DNA from: Mobula hypostoma
Taxonomy: Eukaryota
Assembly (NCBI RefSeq): GCF_963921235.1
Contig: NC_086097.1
Location: 223,636,001 to 223,700,000 of the forward strand
DNA: 64,000 nt
Reading direction: 5' to 3'
Shown here in pieces: positions 1 through 12,456 of the stretch. A model generated the notes under the pieces. It saw only the letters and a list, made by a program, of their open reading frames with translations. It did no database searches and had not been told where the DNA came from. The position numbers were made by a program, and so were the translations under genes. Every line of letters begins with the position of its first letter. Position 1 is the first letter of the stretch.

Positions 1-789
1 GATATTCAGTAATCCATAACAAAACCGTAAATTATGTTTGCCTTCTGAAAATGATGAGCAGCCTGTATTGGTACTTCTAATGATCTACTGTTCTACAAAA
101 CTTTGCAGAAAGCTTTTTCCCCCACAATTCAGAAGTAAACATTTTAAGATACATCAGACTAACTCCATTGCTCAATGAACACAACTACTTGATTTTTTTG
201 TTTATAATCAGTCCTTTTTGCTGTTTTATAAATTCTCTACTCTTATGAGAGCACATCTTGTACCTAAAATGTGGAAGAATGTCTTTCCTTTGACAGAATT
301 GAGCTGGCCACTGAGCTGGTTTGTCCATCCATGCTCAATTTTTCAGGTCCATTTTTGGAACCTTATACATAACTAGCAGCCATTTCACCATTATCACCAT
401 TTCACCATTATCAACAGTGAAAATCTAACCACCAGGCATAATTTGAAAATGATTAAAAATACAATATTGATTATCTGCACAATATAAAGCTCTCAAAGCC
501 TTTTGCAGATTGCCATAAAATATAACAATATAACTCATCATTTTTAAGTTCGGGCAGAACTAGAAAAAGGCATCCAGATTTTCTCACCTTTTGGAATACA
601 GTACTGCTTTCTTTCCCCAGTTCTGAACTTGCTTGTTTTATCCACCAAGAGCATAAATCTACCCAGACGTATTTTGAATCATGAATAAAGGCATCAGACA
701 AATGTTGATAAGATTGTTTAAATACGTGCCCAATGTCAACAAAATATGTAGCATTTTATTTGTTGGCTCTCCTCCTTGACCCTAAAATA

Positions 790-1965
790 CTGAAATACAA
801 GAACCAACATCATCCGTCAGTTCCACGAAGGCATGGAAGGCCACATCAGCATGTGTGGTGAGTTGTCAGACCCATTTCCCATCAGCAACAGAGTAAGACA
901 GCTCCTGCTCTGTTTAGACTATTCTTCGCTGCTGTTCTTCAGGATGCCACATCAGACCTGAAGTCAGGGGTCTTCCTACAAACGAGGGCTGATGGCGGGC
1001 TCCTCAACCTCACAAGACTGAGAGCAAAAACAAAAGTCAGGGACATTGTGGCGCATGAGCTACAGTTTGCTGATGACTGTGCACTGGTTGCCCACTCTCT
1101 CGAAGACTTACAGGAGATCACCAGTCGCTTTGTCAGTGCAGCCAAAAGCTTCGGATTGACAACACTCGTCTCACTGTCAACAAGTTTTGCTACCTGGGCA
1201 GCATAATAACATCCTCAGCTTCTCTGGATGCAGAGATTGAGTCAAGAACCAGAAAAGCCTGCTTTGCCTTTGGTCAGTTGAAAGATCGAGTTTGGTCACA
1301 GAACATCAGGTTGGCCACCAAGTGCAAGGTATACAGGGCTGTTGTCATATCAACCTTGTTATACGGATGTGAGACATGGTGCCCATATCAGAGACACTTA
1401 CGCCAGCTTGTCCAACTGCAGCAGCGTCACCTACGCTCTCTGATGAAGATCACCTGGCGAGACAAGGTCTCCAATACCAAGGGTCCTCTCTCGAGCTGGA
1501 ATGCCAGCAGTTTCAACCTTGGTGATGTCAGCCCAACTGCGCTGGGCAGGAAATGTTTTCAGAGTGCCTGACGGAAGACTGCCCAACATCTTGTATGGTT
1601 AACTGTCCAGTGGTACCCGAAAATGAGGAGACCAGCGACTACAGTACAAGGAAGTTCTGCACAGGAGCCTCAAGAAAGCTGACATTGCCCCATCAACATG
1701 GGAGGATCTGGTTTAAGATCGCGCACAGTAGAGGGACGCCATCAGAAAAGGTGTGGACGCTGCTGAGAACGAGCTCAACGAGGCAATAGAGGAAAGGTAC
1801 AGGAAGCGCCACAACAGAGCTTCTGCCCCTGCTGCCCCTCCAGGCCTCACTTGCCAAGTATGTGGCAAGCAGTGTCTGTCAAGGATCGGCCTGTACAGCC
1901 ACTCCAGGACACACATATCAAAGCCCACTAACTGACTGAAAGGAACCATCATCATCCTATGGGAT
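790..1965 (+). mobile_element. RTE-clade LINE, degenerate 3' portion
   Basis: RT motif LQFADD near 1060-1077, the segment TKCKVYRAVVISTLLYGCETW, and a C-terminal C2H2 finger CQVCGKQCLSRIGLYSHSRTH. Confidence 0.85.
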
Positions 1966-2282
1966 GGATAGCCAGAGAGATAGGTACATGCAGCTTAGAA
2001 AAATAGAGGGCTAAGAGGTAGGAAAATTCAAGGCAGTTTCCAGAATAGGTTACATAGTTGTCACAACATTGTGGGCCAAAGGGCCTGTAATGTACTGTAG
2101 ATTTCTTTGTTCTATGTTCACTGGTCACTTGGTATCAATATTTATGATTCTTTTTTATGGCATAAGCAATAAAATGAAACTGTAGATTTATATGAACTTT
2201 ACCACCATCCATCAGATAGTTAAGCATACACTTACAGAAATAAAATTGCAGTCATCTTGATCTGTCTGCATACAAGTATTAC

Positions 2283-2385
2283 CTGAGGTGAATCGAAAGG
2301 ATAACGACTGCTGAACTTGAAGAGAAGCTGAAATTTCTCCCCTTCATATAACGTGCCAGGAGCGCCTTCCATGTCTACAATCCAT
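2283..2385 (-). CDS. UBE2W: UBE2W coding exon 3 (WIVDMEGAPGTLYEGEKFQLLFKFSSRYPFDSPQ); later exons lie left of the window
   Basis: 103-bp exon bounded by tttgcAG and GTAATA, inside ORF 2232..2423. Exons 1-3 total 210 nt (70 codons) in frame. Confidence 0.96.
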
Positions 2386-2793
2386 CTGCAAACAACATGG
2401 GAAAAAGAGAGTACAGATGTCACACCCGGAATGTATTAAATCAATCAAATGGACCAGTTAGCAACTTATTTCAGAGTAGTTCCTTCAGCAGAAACATGAC
2501 AGTTTGTAGCATGTATTTGTCAGACATTTTTTGAAAATAATGTGCACAGTTGCCCTACAATAAATGGCATCCATTGTGAAGGGATGTCATTCCCTCTTTC
2601 TAGCAACACTGCTTGGAAAAGATCTGAATTTGTCAAGGGCTGATGTGATACACATATGTACAGATAAGTTAGATGTTGAAGCTGCTCTGTAACCTTCAAA
2701 CTACTTACCCAATTTTAAGGGTAATCAAATTTGAGGACAGTAATAAAGGCTGGCATTATTTTTTCCTTCTTTCAAGGTTGATTCCATAATTCA

Positions 2794-3159
2794 AGCAACA
2801 TACATCAAAGTTGCTGGTGAAGCAGCAGGCCAAGCAGCATCTATAGGAAGAGGCGCAGTCGACGTTTCAGGCCGAGACCCTTCGTCAGGACTAACTGAAG
2901 GAAGAGTGAGTAAGGGATTTGAAAGCTGGAGGGGGAGGGGGAGATGCAAAATGATAGGAGAAGACAGGAGGGGGAGGGATAGAGCCGAGAGCTGGACAGG
3001 TGATAGGCAAACGGGGATACGAGAGGATCATGGGACAGGAGGCCTAGGGAGAAAGACGGGGGGGGGGGGTGACCCAGAGGATGGGCAAGAGGTATATTCA
3101 GAGGGACAGAGGGAGAAAAAGGAGAGTGAGAGAAAGAATGTGTGCATAAAAATGTTGTT
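2794..3159 (-). mobile_element. 5'-truncated Penelope-like element 3' end with 17-bp TSD
   Basis: Near-identical to the arms of the 60.5-62.3 kb PLE. GTTGATTCCATAATTCA is duplicated at 2777-2793 and 3160-3176. Confidence 0.88.
2857..2892 (-). ncRNA. Minimal type I hammerhead ribozyme motif (intact core)
   Basis: Minus strand AGUC-CUGACGA-AGG(gucucgg)CCU-GAAAC-GUC^GACU: conserved core, stems I and II, and a palindromic ACGU stem III. Confidence 0.8.
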
Positions 3160-3468
3160 GTTGATTCCATAATTCATTATTTTTTTTTAAACAAAATATG
3201 GAATTGAAACAAGCCCATTTTGCAATCTACCAGGAGATGGGTTTGATACTCAAAGTAACCCCATCAGTTGCAAATATCTCATTGCTTTTGTTTGAAGCTG
3301 TTACCTGCTTGAATGCTAGAAACTGTATAAAATTTGTGAGCAAAAATCCCAAACTGAACAACCTGAAAAATACATTTTCAATTGCTGTTTTATGGCAGAA
3401 CACCATCTTTCTACTGAATCAAAGCCATATAAAGTCAAGCAAGAAGCACAGACTAAGTTTCTGCCATA

Positions 3469-5118
3469 CAGGTTTCCCCTGCCATCTGAAGGTAGAGCGT
3501 TCCTATGAAACGGTTCGTAAGCCGGAATGTCGTAAAGTGAAGAAGCAATTACCATTTATTTATATGGGAAAATTTTGTGAGAGTTTGCAGACCCAAAAAT
3601 AACCTACCAAATCATGCCAAATAACACATAAAATCTAAAATAACAGTAACATATAGTAAAAGCAGGAATGATATGATAAATACACAGCCTATATAAAGTA
3701 GAAATACTTTTCCACAATCATTTAGCGAAAATCTCACGCAAGCGCCATCGGCAAAAACACGGCACAAGCGCTGCTGGCAAAAACACCTTCTCCAGTAACC
3801 TTTAAGTTATGAAGCTGCCAAATCATACCAAATAACCCATAAAAATACACAGCCTATATAAAGTAGAAATAATGTATGTACAGAGTAGTATCACTTACGG
3901 GAATCCGGAAGACAGCGCTGAGCACACTGATGATGGTGTGTTAGGCTGAGTCGTCGGAAGTTGAGGTGGTACAGTGGCCCCCACCCTCTGGGCAGCGAAC
4001 CGATATCGATCCGCGAAGAATGCAGGGGTACAGTGGTAGCCGGGAGGCACACGGCACATCTTTAAGAAAAAAGCCGAAATAAACATGCTAATTAATTAGG
4101 TGTCGCCCGGCACGAAATTGTCGGCCCAGATCAGAGGCGATGCAATTGACAATCGCCTCTGATCTGGGCCGACAATTATGTGCCGGGCGGCACCTAATTA
4201 ATTAGCATGTTTATTTTGGCTTTTTTCTTAAAGATGTGCTGTGTGCCTCCCGCTGCATTCTCCACGAATCGGTATCTGTCCACGGCCTGGGGGTTGGGAT
4301 GGTGGGACACTGGGGTGTCATCTCATCGTCATCTGTTTCCATTAGGGCAGGCAGGGCATCCTCTTCTATGTCTACCTGCCTCGATGTCAAAGATCGAGGT
4401 TCGTTGTCTGCTGTGGCTGATGTGGAAGGCTTGAAAAACAACAGTATGCTTGACTGCTGAGCCTCGCGCATTTTTCTATCATACAGTTCTTTGTAAGCAC
4501 TCAAACCATCTTGCAAATATGCCCTAAACTGCCATACCCTTTCAGAATTAAAGTCGTACTTTATCATTGCAGCGAAAATCTGACGCAGTGGCTTCATGTT
4601 CAGTTCCTGGACAACTTCACTTTCGGTCCGTTGGCTACTGCATTCGGTTTCGATTGTTATCCTTTCCTCTTCCAATTGCATCAGCTCTTCATCTATCAAT
4701 TCTTGGTCATGGGATGCCAAAACCTCTTCAACATCATCTTCGTCAACTTCCATCAGCCAAACTCACTTTGTCCTTGCTTCGTTCACCACGATCGAAACGC
4801 TCAATTATGTCTATTTTTACGCTAAGTGTAACACCCTTACGAGCTCTTTTAGGCTTTTCGGATACCTTAGAACTCATCTTGCTAACGGATGCTCACAGGC
4901 ACGTGTTTAAGCAATGCCGACTAGAATGCAGTTCCGAATCTGGGGGACAGTGGCTTCTTGGGGCGCGCGCTGCTTTTTATCACGTGCTGCCTTTTCCGCG
5001 CACTGCCTTTTCTCGTAACAGTGAAAACACCTTCTGTTAGCGAAAACAGGGAACTAATGTAGGTCTTTCGTAACAGTGAGGTTTTGTAAAGCGAACGTTC
5101 GAAAAGCAGGGACACCTG
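3469..5118 (-). mobile_element. Tigger/pogo-type DNA transposon, internally deleted
   Basis: Termini TA|CAGGTTTCCCC...GGGACACCTG|TA. ORF 4211..4753 resembles a Tigger transposase C-terminus (VDEDDVEEVLASHDQELIDEELMQLE). Confidence 0.8.
4041..4252. repeat. ~100-bp-arm inverted repeat inside the Tigger element
   Basis: CGGGAGGCACAC...CAGATCAGAGGCGAT pairs with ATCGCCTCTGATCTG...GTGTGCCTCCCG across a loop of about 10 nt. Confidence 0.9.
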
Positions 5119-5199
5119 TAATCAGGTTTCCGCTGTCCCATCTTGTTTAAAAATGCATTACAGTTCTTACTTAGAGCGAAACCTTTGTCTTTGATAAAA

Positions 5200-6015
5200 T
5201 TTTTATTTCAATGTCTTCCTTCACCAGGTGGTCTCAAAAGCCATTGGCATGGCACAGTAGTTTTATGCCTTCGAAGTCAATCCTGTGGTCAGTTCTGCTA
5301 CCACTGATTTCTCTGATTAACCCAAACGCAAACACCTCCTATGCTTCTTGATGCAGGTTTCCACCTTGTGATCCATCTGGCCAATATACGCTACTCCACA
5401 TTCACAGGGAATCCTGTAAAAACCAGTTCTCCCGAATTCCAGGTCGTCTTTGACCCGCATGCACTGGGATTTGAGCTTCCTTACAGGTTTGTGGGTAGTA
5501 TTAATCCGGTATTTCTTCAGGATCTTAGCAATCCTTTGAAATATAGGGAAGACTGACGGCAGTGATGGGTTCCTCCTTGTTGTTAACTTTCTTGGTTTTT
5601 TCTATTGGCCCTTTTAAGAGCCCGATTGATTTCCTTCAACTTGTAGCCATGCTGTAGGAATGTTGTACATAATTATCTTATTTCCTCATGGAGACTTTCT
5701 GGGTCTGAAATAGTTTTCGTAGGATTAATTGAAGTAGAAAGAACTCCTCCACACTGGGAAATATGATGGTCACTACTACTGACGAGGTACAAGTCTGTGT
5801 GAGTAGGCTTCTGGTGGATGCCATGCCTGAAGCTACAGTCTGGTGTCCATCATATTAGAATGTCCAGGAATAGGAGGAAACCATTCTTCTCCATCTCCAT
5901 CATAAATTGAATGTTTGGATATATGCTGTTCAGATGGTCATAGAACTGTTGGGAGTGCCTGGAGTCCATGAGGCCACACTACGAAGGTGCCATTGACATA
6001 TCTGAAGAAGCATTT
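5200..6015 (-). mobile_element. Degenerate PLE fragment (Poseidon-like), RT C-terminus to GIY-YIG
   Basis: Minus-strand peptides CFFRYVNGTFVVWPHG (decayed YVDD), QKPTHTDLYL and YRIPCECGVAYIGQ. Confidence 0.75.
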
Positions 6016-6093
6016 GGGCCAACATTTCCATAGAGGGTGGTAAGTACATGGAGCAAGCTGCCAGAGGAAGTGATTGAGGCAAGTACAATAGGA

Positions 6094-7290
6094 CAGGGGT
6101 CCACAACCTTTTTCGCACTGCGGACCGGCCGACTTGGGGGTGGGGGGGTAGGGTTTCCAACGGACAAAAGCAGCAGTCAAATACGTTGTCTTTACCCAGA
6201 AAAGACTACAATGACCATGAAGCCTTGCGCGGGCACCAGTGCGCATGCATGACCGTGTACCTGCCGATTTTTTCCCCTGCAAATCGTTTTTGGCGATTCT
6301 GTTCGGGGGGGGGGTTGTTAATCACGACCAGAATATAGGTGATAAGTGGCTAATACACTCAATTTCGTTTCTAAAAGAGTTTCTCTAACAAATTTAATAT
6401 TAAACGCACAGCACATATTTTCCTTGCATGAACATAGTGATAAGTCAATTATCAGGGGAGGACAGGGGAGCTTGAAGTAAGTGTTGAATGAACTTCCAGT
6501 AGAAGAGGCAGAAGCAGGTTCGATATTATCGTTTAAAGAAAAATTGGATAGGTATATGGACAGGAAAGGAATGGAGGGTTATGGGCTGAGTGCAGGTCAG
6601 TGGGACTAGGTGAGAGTAGCATTCAGCACGGACTAGAAGGGCAGAGATGGCCTGTTTCCGTGCTGTAATTGTTATATGGTTATATAAGTAAGTCAAGAAT
6701 GTCATAACATTTTAAGTAACATTTGGATATTAAACACACAGCACATATTTTCCCCGTATGAACATATAAAATTATTGCAACACACCAATATCGCTGAATC
6801 AGTGGGAGCCCTGGGCTTGTTTTCCTGCAACAAGGCGGTCCTATTGAGGGGTGATGGGAGACAGCGATACTCAAATGGGGTTCCTTATGTCCAGTCTATT
6901 CCACAACTTAGTTTTCGTTGCATTCATTGCAGAAAACTCCACTTCGCAGAAAAATGTTGGATATGGAAGCAATGTTTTCAGTGCTTTCGTGGCTATCTCA
7001 GGATATTTAGCCTTGAATTTGATCCAGAATACCGGCAGAGATGTTATATCAAACATACTTTTCTGTCCACCGTCATTTGCAAGCTCGTGGAGTCGATCTC
7101 CTTCCCACGCTGACACGGATGAAGCGTGGGTAATGACCTTGCATGCGTAATGGATCAACAGTGGGCTTGACAGGGAATGAGGAAAGGTGCAGCTGACTCA
7201 TATCGCCAAATCATATCGTTTCCTCGCGGCCCAGTAGTACATGCTTTGCGGCCTGGTACCGGTCCACGGCCTGGTGGTTGGGGACCGCTG
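6094..7290 (-). mobile_element. hAT-Charlie non-autonomous transposon, inserted in a CR1 3' fragment
   Basis: TIRs CAGGGGTCCACAACC / GGTTGGGGACCGCTG and a perfect 8-bp TSD CAATAGGA (6086-6093, 7291-7298). ORF 6871..7158 resembles the hAT dimerisation domain. Confidence 0.92.
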
Positions 7291-7409
7291 CAATAGGATC
7301 ATCCAAGAGACAGTTTGATAACTACATGGAAGGGTACAGGCTGAATGCAGGAAATTGGAATTAGCCTTTCCAAGAAACGGTTCTTTAGGTCCTTGGATGA
7401 GGGCAGAAA

Positions 7410-8060
7410 TGTAGGAACAAGTGCCGCACCTTCTGCATTTGCAGATGAAAATGCCAAGGGTCAGGATGGAGTGGGTGACTGGGGAGGGATAAGCAGATCA
7501 GGGAGTAAAAGCAAACGGATGGGAAGAGAAGGACATGGCTAGTGATGAGATCTCATTGCAGCTGGTGGAACTCAATCCCTGTTGTGCTTGGAGAGATTGA
7601 TTTGAGAGCAGAAGTGTGGGAAATGGAGGAGATGCAAACAAAAAGCAGTTCCATTAACCATAGTGGAAGGGAAGCTACATTTCTGGAAAAAGGAGGACAC
7701 TCCAGATATCCTAGAATGGAAGGCCTCATCTTGAGAGCAGATGTAGCAGAGACTGAGGGACTGAGAAGAAGGAGTGGTATCCTTTCAAGAGACAGGGTGG
7801 GAAAGTGATATAGTCTATGCAGAAGAAAGTAAATGTCTTTGGACAGTTTATCTCCTGAGATGAAATCCAAAGTACTGTCTCTGGTCCCAGTGTTTTTTTT
7901 TAAAAGACAGGAGTTGAAGTTGGTGCCAAAGGAGATAAAGATTAACAACTTCTACACAGGTGCAGGAAGCAGCAACAAAGCAGTCACTAATATAATGGAG
8001 TAGCTGGAGAGTAAAATCAGAAAAGGTTTGGAACAAGGACTGTTCCACAAAAGGCAAGAC
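7410..8060 (-). mobile_element. Old PLE RT fragment
   Basis: LHYISDCFVAASCT (decayed YIDD motif), with similarity to the PLE at 17.5-18.7 kb. Confidence 0.65.
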
Positions 8061-8644
8061 AAAAATATGACTGGATCATTGTTGTGTGTAATGGTGCAAA
8101 TCTGCCAAGTTGACTCAGGGAATCAGCAAACAAATCAAAAAGGGTGAAATAATAATACAAAGGGGAAAAAAGTTAAATCCAAAAATATTCACAGCAATAA
8201 TTATTATTGTAGTTAATAGATAAAAATAGGGGATGGTCATACTGTATTAAGATTCATTACTGTAGACAAAGTAGTGCCTGTATTCAGTTTGTTTTGATCA
8301 AGTAAGGAACTGATTAACTTTGAAAGCAAAAGGCAAGGTGTGCAAGGTATTTGATATTTTTATTGTTGCAAGATAATCCACAAAATATCTGCATGAAGAA
8401 CATGTACTTACCCAATGCTTTTCCTGACTTCTCAATGCTACGATTAGGTTTTGCATCTATTATGAATTTTTGAAGTGCAAATTTTGTGTAAAATGAATTG
8501 TCATTATTGCTTATAAAGATTTTTGAAGATAACTTAGAGCATTTTAGGTTTGTTACAATAATGGAGAGACATACATCAAAGGCAGCAGATCCAAGTCCAG
8601 AGAACAGAAAGCAAATAAATAATCTGCATACTGACAGAGCATAA

Positions 8645-8778
8645 CACACTGATAAAGGGTCTCGGCCCAAAATGTCAACTGTTTATTCCTCTGCTTATAG
8701 ATGTTCCCTGACCTACTGAGCTCCAGCATTTCATGTGCTACTCTGGATTTCCAGAATCCGCACTCTCTCTTTTGTTTG
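8645..8778 (+). mobile_element. Old PLE 3' end with decayed hammerhead
   Basis: CTGATAAAGGGTCTCGGCCCAAAATGTCAACTG followed by the family tail (...GATTTCCAGAATCCGCA). Confidence 0.7.
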
Positions 8779-9119
8779 GGGCAATGGGAATGATGTGTTT
8801 AATGGAAAAGCTGCAAGTTCTTATTTTTCAGTTTACATGAATCAAACGCACGTCCAGACACCCATAAGATGTGGCAAATTACGGGGAAGAACCCAGAATG
8901 ATACAAATTAGTAGAATATCAAGGTTCCACTATGGGAAAGGGAATATATTGTGCTGGATAAAATGAAATGCAATACATTAAATCTACAATCAAAAGCTGA
9001 ATGTGGGGCAAAGGTAAATAAATGTTTAAAGTTGGAAATGCAGATATTTTCAAAAAAAAGCTGAAATTACTTGGTAGAAGGCATTGATTAGATCATATAT
9101 GGAGTGGTACATTCAGATT

Positions 9120-10120
9120 AAAAATGTTACAGATGCTGGAAACATTCAGCAGGTCAAGCATAACCATGTGGTGAGAAACTGGTCAACAACCTCCAAAAGA
9201 ATTGGAAAAAATGTGAAATCAAGTAGATTTTAAGTTGCAGAGAGAGGAACCTTGGAGAGCAGAGGAATAAAATGCAGACCAAAATTGTCAATGTCACAAA
9301 TACTTTAAAAAACGGCAGTTAAGACACAGAAAGTGGAAAATAGAAACAAATTGAAACACAAGTATAACCATATGTGTGTGGAGAAACAAGAGTGGTTACC
9401 TCAAAGTGTTAAACTTAATAAGAAGATCGGAGGACTGCAATTCACCCAGATGAAAGTGAAGTACTGTTTTTCTAGCTTACGTTAGGCGTCACTGAAAAAT
9501 AAAGGAAGCCAAGGACACGGGGAAGAGAATGAGTGTGGAAGGTAAATTTCAAGGGATAGGTGATTTGGAACTCAGCATCACCTTTCCATCTAATAATTGG
9601 TCATCTAATCTGACTAATTTCTCCAGAATATAGACCACGTGGTGAGAAAATAATTCAACGTAGAATGGAAATGCACCTGAACTGCTGATTCATCTGCATT
9701 GTGGAAAATGAAGAGATAATGGGCATGTGTTGCGCTGCTTTTTACTACATGGGAATGCTGAAATTCAGGAATTGGGTCTAGTGGTGGAATCCCACTGAAG
9801 GTGGTGAAAATTATGGAGCTCAATGAGAATATTGTTGGAATGGAAGGCGGAGAACATGGGGAACCTTACTACGACCAGGAGGGTGATGTTTTAGTAGAAA
9901 TACAGAACATAGAGGATTTGAGGCTGAGAACCAACCAATGGCAGAAGGGAGGCCACAATTTAAGTACAAAAGAAAATATCTCGAAGGCATTGATGTGGAA
10001 ATACCTTTAGAGCAGATATGAAGAAACAAAGAAATGAAATCCTTAAAAGGAAGAAGTGTGGGTGAGATGTAGTCAAAACAGCTATCAGAGCCAGTGGTTC
10101 TGATAGATACTGATTGATTA
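9120..10120 (-). mobile_element. Highly degenerate PLE remnant
   Basis: Tail-like CAGATGCTGGAAACATTCAGCAGG at the left end and patchy similarity to the other PLE copies. Confidence 0.5.
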
Positions 10121-10317
10121 TCTAAATCCGCAAGTTTGAGACTGATTGTAGACTAATCAAATAGTTCTGAGCAATCAGATACAATAATATAACAAATATT
10201 CATGCAGTTCTAACAAAGGATATGGAAATCAGAAGCCTTTTTATGAATTGCTAAAATCTAAGTCAGAAGGTTCAGAAGTTTCTTAAATTCTGAAAGTGTT
10301 AATTGCTCAAAGTAATA

Positions 10318-11166
10318 CAGTCGGCCCTCCTTATCCGCGAGTTCCACATACGCGAATTCAACCAACGGCGAATCGAGAAAACCCAGAAGTGCTCTTCCAG
10401 CACTTGTTGTTTGAACATGTACAGACTTTTTTTTCTTGTCACTATTCCCTAAACAATGCAGTATAACAACTATTTTACATAGTATTTACATTGTATTAGG
10501 TATTATAAGTAATCGAGAGATGATTTAAAGTATACAGGAGGATGTGCGTAGGATATCATGGATCGGGAATCGGAAAAAAAAACAGAAGTTCTCTTACTAA
10601 GTAAGTCGGAACAGGTACATCCGGTATTATTTAGAGTCAGTTAGTCCAACGTTTGTCTTAGTATATAGTATATATTTTACCTTTCTATGCATATAAAGCA
10701 CTTAAGAAACAGGAATGAAAGTTCCCGAGTTCGAATCAGTGACAGACCGCTCCCGAGCGCATTCTCCATCCATGCCGGGTTGATGTCGAGGATCAAAAAC
10801 CCAAAACCCCAAAACCCAATAATTAAACCACTGTGTTGCTTAGTAATAATTGTAGCTTAAATCAGGCAGGGCCTTTGACACTTTGTCCTTTAAAATTGTT
10901 CGGATCGTTGACCAACTGTAGTCTAACGCTCTTCCAATGACCGACGGCGTTTCACCTCTTTCCAATTGCTTTATTATTTCCACTTTATTTTAAATCGTGA
11001 TCATGATTATTTTCGCGAACAGAAACACTGTGGATTCAGAGCTCCGCCGCCGGGTCCTAATGTCCACCGCATTTAAACAGGTTGAATAAGGGACTTGAGC
11101 GTCCACTTTTTTGGTATCCGCAAGGGGTCCCGGAACCAATCCCTCGCTGATGTGGAGGGCCGACTG
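10318..11166. mobile_element. Tigger-family (MER2/Tigger3-like) non-autonomous element
   Basis: TIRs TA|CAGTCGGCCCTCC...GGAGGGCCGACTG|TA with a TA duplication. Confidence 0.88.
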
Positions 11167-11639
11167 TAATTTGATCAGTATTTTTTTCTTATTCACACAA
11201 AATGTCAAGTAAATAGCATCATAAAATATTAAGTTACTGGACAAGTAATCCTAAAGCTTGAATGATATGTTCAATCATTTACAGCAACTTGCACACATTA
11301 AGTGCCTTAAATACAGAAACACCCTATGATAAAGAAACTGAAAAAATTGTCACTGATAACGATAGACACTCAGCCAACATCCCAACTCTTGGGAAAATAA
11401 TCAAGTGGAGTTGGATCAAACCATTCTCTTTTTTAAATTTTCTATTTTGGTTGTTCCACATTCAGAGTATTGTACCCATTTCTGATTGTCGCATTATCAT
11501 TGCTATATTATCACACTTACCAAGAAACAGCAAAAAGCTTTTGTTTGCCATTCAGACAGATCATTCTAACATCGAGGTAGAAAAAAGGAAAACAACCCAG
11601 AACACAGTGTTACAGAGGAAGTGCATGCAGGGAGACAAA

Positions 11640-12140
11640 TTGAGTACAAGCAGGAAGGAGGTGAAGGTTTTGGAAAGGCTGCAGAAGAAATTCACCAGGA
11701 CACTGCTTGGATTGGAGACTGTTAGCTATAAGGAAAATGGGCAAACTTTAATTGTTTTTGCTGGAGTGCAGCCAGCTGAAGAGCAATCTAAGAGAATTAT
11801 ATAAAATGAGAGTTATAAATAGGATAGATGGTCTTTTCCCAGGATTGAAATGTCAAATACTGGAGGGCATTGATTTATACTGAACAGGGAATATTTAAAG
11901 GAAAATTGAGGTAACTTTTCTTTCTCTGCTTTTTAAAAACACAGAATTTGGTCTGTACCTGGAACACACTGCAGGGAAGTGGCAGCAGCAGATAGAATGG
12001 CAATGCTTAAGCAGCAGTTAGATAAGGAATAGAGGAAAATGGACCGTGTGTAAATCTAAACTACCTCAATCCGCCTATGTCATGGCTGGATTAGACATCA
12101 TGAGCCTATGGAACTACTCCCATGTTATTTTATGTGCATG
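11640..12140 (+). mobile_element. CR1 LINE 3' fragment, degenerate
   Basis: RKEVKVLERLQKKFTRTLLGLE, a typical CR1 ORF2 C-terminal segment. Confidence 0.75.
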
Positions 12141-12456
12141 TACTGTCTTGTAATGATCTAACTGAGATGGAACTGGTACATGATCTTGACTGCAAGGGAG
12201 TTTAAAAATACACTTAATGTCTTTTAACAATTGTGCAGGGTTTCAACAGGATCACCTTTGGAGTGCTGTGTAACAACATTGCCATTGCACCTGAAGATAA
12301 TACATTTTCCTTGGAGCTAGGACTCTTAATTCATCCAGTAGATTTCTGAATTGAGTAGATTTAATGAAGGAAGAGAGGTTGAACAAGACTGGCCTATACA
12401 CAATGAAATTTTGAAGAGGTATAATCTCATTGACGAAGCTGACATTATTTTGCTGA

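Noticed and set aside
2232..2423. 63-aa ORF as a complete gene
   Set aside because: Only 2283-2385 is UBE2W exon 3; the rest is intron read-through.
11262..11804. 180-aa ORF as a host gene
   Set aside because: Chance fusion of intronic sequence with a CR1 fragment, antisense to UBE2W.
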